From positions 64,094-128,093 of the forward strand of contig CACDQN010000002.1 of NCBI GenBank assembly GCA_902555055.1: a DNA stretch of 64,000 nt. The letters run 5' to 3'. The stretch comes from an uncultured Candidatus Actinomarina sp. GTDB lineage: Bacteria; Actinomycetota; Acidimicrobiia; Actinomarinales; Actinomarinaceae. Shown here in pieces: positions 54,896 to 63,918 of this stretch. A model generated the notes under the pieces. The model was not told the origin of the DNA and made no database searches. It saw only the letters and a list, made by a program, of their open reading frames with translations. Numbering within the stretch: the stretch's first letter is position 1; each line of letters starts with the position of its first letter. Position numbers and translations under genes: made by a program.

Positions 54896-56302
54896 ATGAG
54901 AAAATATTTATTAACTTTTTTAGCTTTACTTCTAATTACATGTTCTTCTGAAACACAGCCAGCAGCTGTCGATTCAGAAGAAAATTCTACAGAGGTTACA
55001 ATTGCTGATACCACAACAAGCTCTACATCAACTTCAACGACAACAACTGTTGTCATTGAAGAACCATATGCCCTTGACGAATTTGGTATTGAACTTCAAG
55101 AGCCTCCATCAGAAATAAAAGAACAATTATCTGAATTAATGACTTTTATTGAGAGAAGGGTTGGACTTGAATTTACTGAAGATCCGTTGTACCACCTTTA
55201 TACCCTTAATAATTATCAAGAATATAATGCTGTTTCGTTTCTTGATGATTTTGAGGAAGATTATGAAGAAGGAGAGTGGGAACGGGCAGTACTTTCTGAA
55301 AATATGTGGGGTCTAAATGACTTTTCACCAGACCAACTTTTAAATTTACAAGTTGAATTCCAAAGATGCTTTTCAGCTGGCTCCTATAATTTACTTGATA
55401 AAACCTTAAGATTGCCAATTAAATCAGGGCAGAAAAAACTTAATTTTTATGAGCAACGAGTAATTGTTCATGAATTAGTACATTCACTTCAAGGTCAACA
55501 TTTTGAAATTTCTGAGTGGTATCAGGAAATGGACGAGTTAGATGACTTTTCAAATTATCCAGGTGTAAGAGCCCTGATGGAAGCTCAAGCTGATTGGGTA
55601 GAGGCAAAGTGGGTGGATAGTCTTGACTCATATGACCGCCAGACTATGCAGGCTCAAATTCCAAATATTTCATGTCGTGTTGAACTCCCAGCATATTTTT
55701 ATATTCCATCAGACCTTTACTACACTTATGGTCCAATTCTTGCCAGAGAAATTATTAACCAAGGAAAAATGGCTGCATTAAATGAAGCATTATCTGAATA
55801 TAGAGAAACTGGCTTAACAAATCTTCCAACTTCTGAACAGATATATGATTCAACTAAATTCTTTACAAATGAAAGATATGAAACAGTTGAAATATCAACT
55901 TTGACTATTCCTAATTTTGAATTGATTGAGGAGGGAACAATTGGATCCCTTGATTTAGTATATTTACTTCAAAGCACTGTAGGTCCTAGAGATGCCATTA
56001 CCGCAGCAGTTGGTATTGGTGGAGGGTCATGGAAAGACTACACAGATTCTTCTGGTAATTTGATAATGACCGTCAAGATAAGTGGAGATACAAGTACTGA
56101 TCTTGATGAAATTTATCAAACTTATACTTTATGGGCAGAAACTCAGAAAAGATTTACAGAATCTGAAGTCAAATACGAGGGTACTCTTTATAAAGGATCT
56201 ACTAATGTTTGGATATCAAGAGATAGTAATTTTGTAAAAATGGTTTTAATCCAAGATATGAATGTATTTGAAGAAATTGCAAACCAGTTAGGTGACTTAT
56301 AA
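54896..56302 (+). CDS. Lipoprotein with an HExxH motif (putative secreted zinc metalloprotease-like protein)
   Basis: 468 aa. Lipobox LLITCSS, Thr/Ser-rich linker, VIVHELVHSLQGQHF. Confidence 0.55.
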   Translation: MRKYLLTFLALLLITCSSETQPAAVDSEENSTEVTIADTTTSSTSTSTTTTVVIEEPYALDEFGIELQEPPSEIKEQLSELMTFIERRVGLEFTEDPLYHLYTLNNYQEYNAVSFLDDFEEDYEEGEWERAVLSENMWGLNDFSPDQLLNLQVEFQRCFSAGSYNLLDKTLRLPIKSGQKKLNFYEQRVIVHELVHSLQGQHFEISEWYQEMDELDDFSNYPGVRALMEAQADWVEAKWVDSLDSYDRQTMQAQIPNISCRVELPAYFYIPSDLYYTYGPILAREIINQGKMAALNEALSEYRETGLTNLPTSEQIYDSTKFFTNERYETVEISTLTIPNFELIEEGTIGSLDLVYLLQSTVGPRDAITAAVGIGGGSWKDYTDSSGNLIMTVKISGDTSTDLDEIYQTYTLWAETQKRFTESEVKYEGTLYKGSTNVWISRDSNFVKMVLIQDMNVFEEIANQLGDL

Positions 56303-57122
56303 CTTAGTGGGTACTTTTTATATTTGCCCAACCCCTATTGGCAATTTAGATGATGTCTCTACAAGAATCTTAGATACACTAAAAAATGTTGACTTGATAT
56401 ATTGTGAAGATACAAGAAGAGCAAAGAAACTTCTAGATAATTTTCAAATTACTACACCCGTAAGTTCTTACTTTTTAGGTAATGAGCATAAAAAAATAAA
56501 AGAAATTTCATCCTTTCTATTAGAGGGAAAAAATATAGCTTTAATTTCAGATGCAGGCACACCTTTAATTTCTGACCCCGGAAGTGAATTAATTTCTCAC
56601 TTAGTAGAAAACAAGCATGATATTGTTTCAATACCAGGGCCATCTAGTGTTCTAGTTGCGCTGACAATTTCAGGATTCGATTTAAGTGAATTTCAATTTC
56701 TTGGCTTCATACCTAAATCTGGTAAAGAGAAAATTGATTTTGCATTAAAATTATTGAACTCTTCAATGACATCTGTGTGCTTTACTTCTCCAAAGAGAAT
56801 AAATAAAGATATATTATTTTTTCAAGAACAGGGGCTAAATACAGAAATTGTAGTTTGTAGAGAGTTAACAAAAAAATTTGAAACTATCTACAGGGGTTCT
56901 ATTGATGAAGTAGGAGAACAACTCTTTGGTAAACAGTTAAAAGGTGAAATAACATTAGTAATTGCTGCTCCTGAAAAAGAAGTAAATATAAATTATGATT
57001 TGGATTCTTCTTTAAAAGTATTTATTGATAATGAAGTTCCTAAAAGAGAGATTGCAAAAGCAGTATCTAATATAACCGAATACTCAGTTAATGAAATTTA
57101 CGACAGAATTAAAGATCTTTAA
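56292..57122 (+). CDS. rsmI: 16S rRNA (cytidine1402-2'-O)-methyltransferase RsmI
   Basis: 276 aa, GTG start; an alternative GTG is at 56307. FYICPTPIGNLDD. Tetrapyrrole-methylase fold. Confidence 0.85.
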   Translation: MTYNLVGTFYICPTPIGNLDDVSTRILDTLKNVDLIYCEDTRRAKKLLDNFQITTPVSSYFLGNEHKKIKEISSFLLEGKNIALISDAGTPLISDPGSELISHLVENKHDIVSIPGPSSVLVALTISGFDLSEFQFLGFIPKSGKEKIDFALKLLNSSMTSVCFTSPKRINKDILFFQEQGLNTEIVVCRELTKKFETIYRGSIDEVGEQLFGKQLKGEITLVIAAPEKEVNINYDLDSSLKVFIDNEVPKREIAKAVSNITEYSVNEIYDRIKDL

Positions 57123-57348
57123 TATCAGATATACAAATATTACATAAGAACTTATTTTTTAATTGAAGTGAGATATCTTTTGTATCGCATATAGTGCAGA
57201 TTTGACTGCCTTTGGTAATAATAAGCTTATTATTTTCTACATACATAGATATTTCGGAATTCGATTCAATATTTAAGGCTTTTCTAATAGATTTTGGAAC
57301 AACAACTCTTCCAAGATTATCAATTTTACTTCTGTTACCTTTACTCAT
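57109..57348 (-). CDS. AbrB/SpoVT-type DNA-binding domain protein with a C-terminal CxxC...CxxC
   Basis: 79 aa. IDNLGRVVVPKSIRKALNI is a swapped-hairpin AbrB-like motif. The C-terminus has CTIC-x13-CNIC. Confidence 0.6.
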   Translation of the reverse strand: MSKGNRSKIDNLGRVVVPKSIRKALNIESNSEISMYVENNKLIITKGSQICTICDTKDISLQLKNKFLCNICISDIKDL

Positions 57349-57378
57349 ATTTTTATTTAATCCTATGCTTATATAGTA

Positions 57379-58158
57379 GTGAATAAAAATGAAACTTTAG
57401 AGCAATTTAAATGGGTGGATACTCATTGTCATTTGCAATTAACAAAGGACAAAATAGAAAATTTATACCTAGATAATATTGAATATTTGATTATCCCTGG
57501 TGTTGATATCGAATCTTCTTTAGAAGCTAGGGATGTTTCACTATCTTTAAATAAAGAATCATACTGGTCAGCAGGCCTTCATCCACACGAAGCTGATAAA
57601 TTCGAGAACTTAAAAGAAACTTTTGATGATTTATTTAATGAAGCTGATTTAATTGGAGAAACAGGATTAGATTATTACAGGAACCTATCAACAAAAAGAA
57701 ACCAAATAAACAGTCTTAAGTATCACTTGGATGTTGCAAATCAACTTTCTAAGCCAGTTATTCTTCACTGCCGAGATAGTTTTTCAGATATGTTTGATGT
57801 TCTCTCTGAGGGTGATTACAAAAATCCTATCATTCTCCACTCTTGGACAGGCGGTAATAGATGGACAAAAAAATTTATTGACCTTGATGTATATTTTTCT
57901 ATATCTGGAATTGTGACGTATGATACAGCACATGATCTCCACTCAGCTGTAGGTAAAATTCCTACAAATAGATTACTTTTGGAAACGGACATCCCTTACC
58001 TGGCACCAAAACCACACAAGGGAGAAGTAAACAAACCCTCATATATTATTTACACTGCGCAGAAAGTGTCTGAGTTATTAGACGTAACTCTTGAAGAGCT
58101 TTCTTCACTCACAATTTCAAATAGCAATAGGCTGCTCTCAAGGACTACAAATGAGTGA
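57379..58158 (+). CDS. tatD: TatD-family metal-dependent hydrolase/DNase
   Basis: 259 aa, GTG start. VDTHCHL, ILHSWTG, LLETDIPYL. Confidence 0.9.
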   Translation: MNKNETLEQFKWVDTHCHLQLTKDKIENLYLDNIEYLIIPGVDIESSLEARDVSLSLNKESYWSAGLHPHEADKFENLKETFDDLFNEADLIGETGLDYYRNLSTKRNQINSLKYHLDVANQLSKPVILHCRDSFSDMFDVLSEGDYKNPIILHSWTGGNRWTKKFIDLDVYFSISGIVTYDTAHDLHSAVGKIPTNRLLLETDIPYLAPKPHKGEVNKPSYIIYTAQKVSELLDVTLEELSSLTISNSNRLLSRTTNE

Positions 58159-58942
58159 GTATGATTGGATAGAAAAGTTAGAGAAACAACCTAATTATAA
58201 ATTAGGCCAAAATTTTTTAATCGATACTAATATTTCTAGGAAAATTACTAAACTCGTACAAGGCCAATTGGCAGATCCAATTATTGAGGTTGGACCAGGA
58301 ACAGGATCGCTAACCAATGAACTTTTAAAAGATAATTACAGGATTAAAGCTGTTGAAATTGACTCAGATGCTTCTGAGTTACTGAAATTAAGATTTCAAG
58401 ATGTACCTAATTTAGAAATATTTAATGAAGATGCAATGACTTTTGATTATGCAGAACTTACAGGTCCATGGTGGATTTTTGTTTCAAATCTTCCATACAA
58501 TATAGGTACGAGACTATTAGTAAAACTTATTGTTGAAGTTCCTGTTATACACAGATATGTTGTGATGGTTCAAAAAGAGGTGGCCCAAAGAATAGTTGCT
58601 GATCAAGAAAGTGATGATTATGGTGCTTTATCAGTATTATTTGGATTATTTACAGAATCAAAAATTCAATTTGATGTGTCAAAAAATTGTTTTTATCCTC
58701 CTCCCAAAATTACCTCATCTGTGTTAACAATCCAGAGAGAGTCTTTGGTAGATCAAGAGATGAGACTTGATGCTTTTGAGATATCTAAAGTCGCATTTCA
58801 ACAAAGGAGAAAAAAAGTGAGAACATCACTTTCATCAATTATTAGTGAGGAACAACTTGAAGAATTAGATATTGACATTAATAGTAGAGCAGGTAACTTA
58901 AGTCCTAATGATTATCTTAAAATAGCAAAGGCTCGACAATGA
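58151..58942 (+). CDS. rsmA: 16S rRNA (adenine1518/1519-N6)-dimethyltransferase
   Basis: 263 aa from ATG 58151 (MSEYDWIEKL...). LGQNFLID, VGPGTGSLT, NLPYNI. The ORF-track start at 58091 lies inside tatD. Confidence 0.9.
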   Translation: MSEYDWIEKLEKQPNYKLGQNFLIDTNISRKITKLVQGQLADPIIEVGPGTGSLTNELLKDNYRIKAVEIDSDASELLKLRFQDVPNLEIFNEDAMTFDYAELTGPWWIFVSNLPYNIGTRLLVKLIVEVPVIHRYVVMVQKEVAQRIVADQESDDYGALSVLFGLFTESKIQFDVSKNCFYPPPKITSSVLTIQRESLVDQEMRLDAFEISKVAFQQRRKKVRTSLSSIISEEQLEELDIDINSRAGNLSPNDYLKIAKARQ

Positions 58943-59760
58943 AGCTTCTTTCATCTGCAAAAATTAATTTAAATCTAGCAATCTTACCTGCAAATGACAG
59001 TGACTTGCATGAACTTATATCAGATATTATTCCAGTTGATATTTTTGATGAGATAGAAATCGAGGAAAACAAAAAAAATAGTATTGAGTATGACAAAAAA
59101 GAACTTAATACAGTACATACGACTGTACATAAGGCACTTGAGTTAATTGAAAAATGTAATCCAAACTTTGATAAGAAGTTCAATATTAATATTTCAAAGA
59201 ATATTCCAATTGAAGCTGGATTAGGAGGAAGTAGCTCTAATGCTGGAACTGTGATTAGTTACCTATGTAGAGAGTACGAACTAAATGTTCCTTCATACAC
59301 TGAAATAGCACATTACATAGGAAGTGATGTACCATTTTTTGTCCATGGTAGTGCGGCAAAAGTAGAGGGGATTGGAGAAAGGATTACTCCTTTAAATGCT
59401 ATTCCGAACATGAATCTAATAGTTGCAGTTCCTAAATTTGGTTTAAGTACAAAGGAAGTTTTTAACCAATATGACAAACTTAAGTTGATAGACACGCCTA
59501 AAGATAAATGGAATCAGATTGATATTTTTAATGATTTATTTTATGCTGCATCCTATTTACGACCTGAAATTATTGATATTAAAAATCATTTAGAAACTGA
59601 GTTAAATGAAACGTTTTATATGTCAGGTAGTGGGTCTTCCTTGTTTGCAATTTTTGACGATGAAGCAATTCATAATGAGTTAGATTCAGAAAATTTCAAC
59701 TTACAATCTATTTACATAACTAAGAAAATTGATTGTAGTTTCTCTCAAAATGATGATTAG
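58939..59760 (+). CDS. ispE: 4-diphosphocytidyl-2-C-methyl-D-erythritol kinase
   Basis: 273 aa. KNIPIEAGLGGSSSNAG (GHMP kinase motif). Confidence 0.9.
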   Translation: MKLLSSAKINLNLAILPANDSDLHELISDIIPVDIFDEIEIEENKKNSIEYDKKELNTVHTTVHKALELIEKCNPNFDKKFNINISKNIPIEAGLGGSSSNAGTVISYLCREYELNVPSYTEIAHYIGSDVPFFVHGSAAKVEGIGERITPLNAIPNMNLIVAVPKFGLSTKEVFNQYDKLKLIDTPKDKWNQIDIFNDLFYAASYLRPEIIDIKNHLETELNETFYMSGSGSSLFAIFDDEAIHNELDSENFNLQSIYITKKIDCSFSQNDD

Positions 59761-59779
59761 AATATATTTGCATAACAAT

Positions 59780-59854
59780 TGGGGGATGGTGTAATTGGCA
59801 ACACATTGGGTTTTGGTCCCAACGTTGAGGGTTCGAGTCCTTCTCCCCCAGCCA
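59780..59854 (+). tRNA. tRNA-Gln (anticodon UUG), CCA encoded
   Basis: Hand-folded cloverleaf. Acceptor stem TGGGGGA/TCCCCCA (U1-A72, G73). D stem GTGT/ACAC. Anticodon stem TTGGG/CCCAA with loop TT-TTG-GT. T arm GAGGG-TTCGAGT-CCTTC. Confidence 0.95.
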
Positions 59855-59865
59855 ATTTTAAACAA

Positions 59866-61227
59866 ATGAGAATTACAGGGATTATTTTAGCAGCAGGTAA
59901 AGGGACAAGAATGAAGTCCGATTTACCAAAAGTTTTGCACACTGTTCTAGGAAAAAAGCTCATATCTTATGCTATCGATTCAATTTCAGGTATTGATGAT
60001 ACCTATGTTGTTGTTGGTCATGAGGCAGACCAGGTAATACAATCCATGCCGTCAGACATAAAGACTATTATCCAACATGAACAAAAAGGTACTGGGCATG
60101 CAGTTTCTGTTGTAATGGAATCAACCTCTTTTCAGGAAGATAATTCTGAATATATTTTAATTATTCCAGGAGATGTCCCCCTAATTAGTGATGTTGATGT
60201 TGAGGAATTAATCAATAAAGTTATATCAAGTGAATCTTCTGTCGGCTTTTTGTCTTCACATGTATCTAACCCTTTTGGTTATGGAAGAGTAGTGAGGGGC
60301 AAGGACACAATTGAAATAATTGAAGAAAGAGATTGTTCTGAAGACCAAAAGAAAATAGATGAAATTAACTCTGGAATTTATTGTTTTAAAAAAGATTTCC
60401 TAACAAGATACATTAAAGAACTTGATACATCAAATGCTCAAGGTGAACTTTACATAACTGATTTAATAGGTATTGCAAATAATGAAAAAAAAGATATTGT
60501 TATAGTACAGGTAGACGAACATTCAATACAAGGAATTAATTCGATGGGCCAACTAAATGAAGTTGAAGACACATTGCAAAAGAAAATAATTCAGAGTTTC
60601 ATGGAGGATGGAGTTTACTTCCAGGATCCAACATCAACATACATAGACGAATCAGTCAAAATTTCATCAGGTGCAAAAATATTTGCTAATTCGCATATTA
60701 AAGGAAATACAGTTATCGAGGAAAATTGTGAGATAGGTCCTAATGCTCAAATCAATGATTCACATATCGGACAGGGTTCTAAAGTCATTAATTCTGTTAT
60801 AGACGAATCAAAAATAGAATCTAATGGATCAATTGGGCCATTTGCACATATAAGACCTGGATCAGAGCTAGCCGATAATGTAAAAGTTGGAGCCTTTGCA
60901 GAAACAAAGAAATCAAAAATTGGTAAAGGAAGCAAGATTCCTCATCTCGCTTATGTTGGAGATGCTGAACTGGGTACTGAAGTAAACTTTTCCGCTGGAG
61001 CTATCACTGTTAATTATGATGGAAAAAATAAACATAAAACAGATATAAAAGATGGAGCTTTTATTGGATCCGATGTAATGCTTGTTGCTCCTGTAACAAT
61101 TGGTAAGGAGGCAATGATAGGAGCTGGTTCAGTTATTACAAAAGACGTTCCAGAAAAATCTTTAGGTATAGAACGAAGTGATCAAAAAAATATCGAAGGC
61201 TATGTTGATAGGAAAAAGAAGAAATGA
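59866..61227 (+). CDS. glmU: Bifunctional UDP-N-acetylglucosamine pyrophosphorylase / GlcN-1-P acetyltransferase
   Basis: 453 aa from ATG 59866 (MRITGIILAAGKGTRMKS). C-terminal hexapeptide repeats. The ORF-track N-terminal extension runs through the tRNA. Confidence 0.95.
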   Translation: MRITGIILAAGKGTRMKSDLPKVLHTVLGKKLISYAIDSISGIDDTYVVVGHEADQVIQSMPSDIKTIIQHEQKGTGHAVSVVMESTSFQEDNSEYILIIPGDVPLISDVDVEELINKVISSESSVGFLSSHVSNPFGYGRVVRGKDTIEIIEERDCSEDQKKIDEINSGIYCFKKDFLTRYIKELDTSNAQGELYITDLIGIANNEKKDIVIVQVDEHSIQGINSMGQLNEVEDTLQKKIIQSFMEDGVYFQDPTSTYIDESVKISSGAKIFANSHIKGNTVIEENCEIGPNAQINDSHIGQGSKVINSVIDESKIESNGSIGPFAHIRPGSELADNVKVGAFAETKKSKIGKGSKIPHLAYVGDAELGTEVNFSAGAITVNYDGKNKHKTDIKDGAFIGSDVMLVAPVTIGKEAMIGAGSVITKDVPEKSLGIERSDQKNIEGYVDRKKKK

Positions 61228-62201
61228 TTGAACAACCTGGTAAAAAGAAGATGCTTATATTTTCTGGTTCTTCAAATATAGAGCTAGCTCAAAAAGTTGC
61301 AACTAACTTGGGTACTGAACTTGCCGAAGTTGAGAGAAAATCATTTGCAAGTGGTGAAATTTATTTAAGACTGGCTGATAGCGTAAGAGGAGCTGACTGT
61401 TTTGTAATGCAAAGTCATTCAGGAGATATAAATAAAACCATCATGGAACAACTTCTCCTAGTTGATGCTTTAAAGCGCGCTTCTGCAAAAAGAATTACAG
61501 CTGTTTTACCTTTCTACCCTTATTCAAGACAGGATAAAAAAGCGCTACCTAGAGAACCTATTTCTGCAAGATTGATTGGTGATATGTTTGTTGCTGCAGG
61601 GGTTGATAGATTAGTTTCTATTGACTTACACACACAGCAGATTCAGGGATTTGTAGATCAACCGTTTGACCACTTAACTGCAATGCCATTGTTTGTTGAT
61701 TATTTTAAAGAAAAATTTAATGAACCAATTTCTATAATCTCTCCCGATGCAGGGGGTGTGAAGAGAGCAACAACATTTGCAAAACATCTGGAGGCATATG
61801 TTGGTTTTGTTCATAAAAAAAGAGATCCAAAGATTCACAACGAAGTAAAGTCATTTACGGTAATTGGAGAGGTCGAGGATAGACATGCAATCTTACTTGA
61901 TGACATTATTGATACAGGAGGTACTATTGCTGCTGCATCAAGAATTCTAAAAGAACGAGGAGCACTATCTGTAAATGTTGCTGCTACACATGGTATATTT
62001 TCTGATGGATCGGTTGAGATACTTCAAGATGCACCAATAGACAATATAGTAGTTACTGATACACTCCTTCAAAATGGTAATTCCTCACAATTAGGAAATG
62101 TTAAGGTGCTTAGTGTTTCAACAATAATAGCAAATGCACTAACATCAATATTTACAGATGATTCTGTATCCGCCTTGTTCATGGGCGAGAATGTTTTATA
62201 A
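61224..62201 (+). CDS. prs: Ribose-phosphate pyrophosphokinase
   Basis: 325 aa. YPYSRQDKK, DLHTQQIQGF, LLDDIIDTGGT. Confidence 0.95.
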   Translation: MIEQPGKKKMLIFSGSSNIELAQKVATNLGTELAEVERKSFASGEIYLRLADSVRGADCFVMQSHSGDINKTIMEQLLLVDALKRASAKRITAVLPFYPYSRQDKKALPREPISARLIGDMFVAAGVDRLVSIDLHTQQIQGFVDQPFDHLTAMPLFVDYFKEKFNEPISIISPDAGGVKRATTFAKHLEAYVGFVHKKRDPKIHNEVKSFTVIGEVEDRHAILLDDIIDTGGTIAAASRILKERGALSVNVAATHGIFSDGSVEILQDAPIDNIVVTDTLLQNGNSSQLGNVKVLSVSTIIANALTSIFTDDSVSALFMGENVL

Positions 62202-62210
62202 GGAGACGAT

Positions 62211-62450
62211 ATGGCAGATAAGTTAAAAGCTAAAATTTATATGGTTGGATCTACATCCGGTATTGAAGTAGAAGTAGATGATAAAGAAAAATTTTTAGAA
62301 GAAATCAAGAACTTGTCTTCTTCCAATGATTTTTATCTTCACTCTGATGACGATGGTGAATTAGCTCTTAATACCAGCTTGATTCAAGCAATAGAATTTA
62401 ATGATGAAGATGGTAACAAAAGGGGAGTCGGACTAGTTTCTAGTGATTAA
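62211..62450 (+). CDS. DUF3107-like small actinobacterial protein
   Basis: 79 aa. Its length, acidic composition and C-terminal ...AIEFNDEDGNKRGVG resemble my recollection of DUF3107. Confidence 0.55.
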   Translation: MADKLKAKIYMVGSTSGIEVEVDDKEKFLEEIKNLSSSNDFYLHSDDDGELALNTSLIQAIEFNDEDGNKRGVGLVSSD

Positions 62451-62724
62451 CTACTAAGCCAGTTTTTCTATAGTGTCTTCTAATTGATTTTCTTTCATCT
62501 TCAGTCGTTCCGCCCCATATACCTGAATCTTGATTTGTTCTGATTGCATAATCGAGACACTCATTTATTACAGGACACTCAGCACAAATTAATTTTGCAG
62601 CATTAACTTTCTTCATAGCTTTCATGGATGACCCAACTGGGAAAAATATATCTGAGTCAGTGTTTGCACACTCTCCTTCTAACATCCAATCTTCTTGTTC
62701 TAAGTCAAAATTTAACATTTGCAC
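62440..62724 (-). CDS. whiB: WhiB-family [4Fe-4S] transcriptional regulator, WhiB1-like
   Basis: 94 aa. Four Cys (C-x27-C-x2-C-x5-C: GECANTD...ICAECPVINEC). FFPVG, QDSGIWGG turn, basic tail. Confidence 0.9.
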   Translation of the reverse strand: MQMLNFDLEQEDWMLEGECANTDSDIFFPVGSSMKAMKKVNAAKLICAECPVINECLDYAIRTNQDSGIWGGTTEDERKSIRRHYRKTGLVVNH

Positions 62725-62737
62725 ATTCCTTAATACT

Positions 62738-62755
62738 TTGTGAAATATTTCACAA
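62738..62755. promoter_or_regulatory. Perfect 18-bp palindrome TTGTGAAATATTTCACAA, a CRP/FNR-family (TGTGA-N6-TCACA) binding-site candidate
   Basis: Lies in the 77-bp spacer between whiB (start codon at 62724, minus strand) and the divergent GDPD gene (TTG at 62802). It is a perfect match to the CRP core consensus. Confidence 0.55.
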
Positions 62756-62801
62756 GCTAGTTAAATTAATAGTACTAAACTCTAATTTATATGGTGGTAT
62801 T

Positions 62802-63455
62802 TTGAAAAATATTTTCGGACACAGAGGATTACCTCAGATTTACTATGAAAATACATTTGAAGGTATAAATAAAGCCTTTGAATATTGTGATTTTGTCGAA
62901 ACAGATGTCCGCTTAACTAAAGATAATAATCTAATACTGTTTCATGATTCAAACATTGCAGGAAATTTAATTAAAAATATGACACTCAAAGAAATTGATG
63001 ATGCTTTGAATATACCTATTGATGAAATAACACTTATTTCAAGAGATCAAATCCACGGAAAAGTTAATTTTGAAATTAAAACTGATACATTAGATGATTC
63101 AGATATTGATATTCTTTTTCAAAAAATGTTAGGAATTCTAAATTCTACTGATATTGTTACATCCTTTAACTGGAAATCAATTCAGTCTTTCAAGCCTTTA
63201 TTTAATAGTCATTATGGAATCATTTTTGATAAGGAGGAACAAATTTATCAAGCTCAAGCACTATCTAATCATGACAGTGATCTATTTTTTATGGTTCATC
63301 ACAATTTAATAGATAATAGGAGCTTCAGCCTTCCGCTAAATCGAACTGTACTGTGGACAGTAAACAATGAGGAAGATTTTAAAAGATATATGGAAATGGA
63401 TATATACGGTATAGTGACAGACATTCCTGATACAATGCAGTTATACAGAAAGTGA
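62802..63455 (+). CDS. Glycerophosphodiester phosphodiesterase (GDPD) family protein
   Basis: 217 aa from TTG 62802 (MKNIFGHRGLP...ENT...ETDVRLTKDNNLILFHD). The ORF-track start at 62628 would overlap whiB and its promoter. Confidence 0.7.
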   Translation: MKNIFGHRGLPQIYYENTFEGINKAFEYCDFVETDVRLTKDNNLILFHDSNIAGNLIKNMTLKEIDDALNIPIDEITLISRDQIHGKVNFEIKTDTLDDSDIDILFQKMLGILNSTDIVTSFNWKSIQSFKPLFNSHYGIIFDKEEQIYQAQALSNHDSDLFFMVHHNLIDNRSFSLPLNRTVLWTVNNEEDFKRYMEMDIYGIVTDIPDTMQLYRK

Positions 63456-63459
63456 GAAC

Positions 63460-63906
63460 ATGGTTTTAATTGACGATTTAAGTACAGCTTTAAAAGAGGC
63501 GATGAAAGCAAAAGATAAACCTAAATTAGATGCAATTCGTCAAGTCCAAACTGAGATAGCGAAAAAGAAATCTGAAAAAGGCGAAGAGACTACAGATGAA
63601 TTAGTACTTGGTGTTATTTCTTCTTATGTAAAGAAAATGGCAAAAGCTGTTGATGAATATAACTCTCTTGGAGAAAGAGGAGCTGAAATGGCAGAAAAAA
63701 TTCAATTTGAAATCGATTTCTTAAGTCAATGGCTACCAGAACAACTTAGTGAAGAAGATGTAGAAAAATTAGTTGATGAAGTGTTAGCTGAACTTGGAGA
63801 AGTTGATATGTCTCAAATGGGAAGAATTATTGGTGCTGTTATGGCAAAAGGTGACGGTATCGATGGTTCAATTGTTAGTAGAATTGTTAAGGAAAAAATA
63901 ACTTAA
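63460..63906 (+). CDS. GatB/YqeY domain protein
   Basis: 148 aa. The helical K/E-rich pattern, including MGRIIGAVMAK, is typical of YqeY. Confidence 0.8.
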   Translation: MVLIDDLSTALKEAMKAKDKPKLDAIRQVQTEIAKKKSEKGEETTDELVLGVISSYVKKMAKAVDEYNSLGERGAEMAEKIQFEIDFLSQWLPEQLSEEDVEKLVDEVLAELGEVDMSQMGRIIGAVMAKGDGIDGSIVSRIVKEKIT

Positions 63907-63918
63907 AGCAACTTCCTT

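Noticed and set aside
59757-59963. 68-aa minus-strand ORF, and the 59779 start of the glmU ORF, both running across tRNA-Gln.
   Set aside because: The region folds into a canonical tRNA-Gln(UUG). GlmU's conserved N-terminus (MRITGIILAAGKGTRM) starts at 59866.
62628-62801. Long N-terminal extension of the GDPD ORF overlapping whiB and the intergenic palindrome.
   Set aside because: GDPD homology begins at IFGHRG. The extension is antisense to whiB and is hydrophobic and low-complexity. TTG 62802 is the first plausible start.
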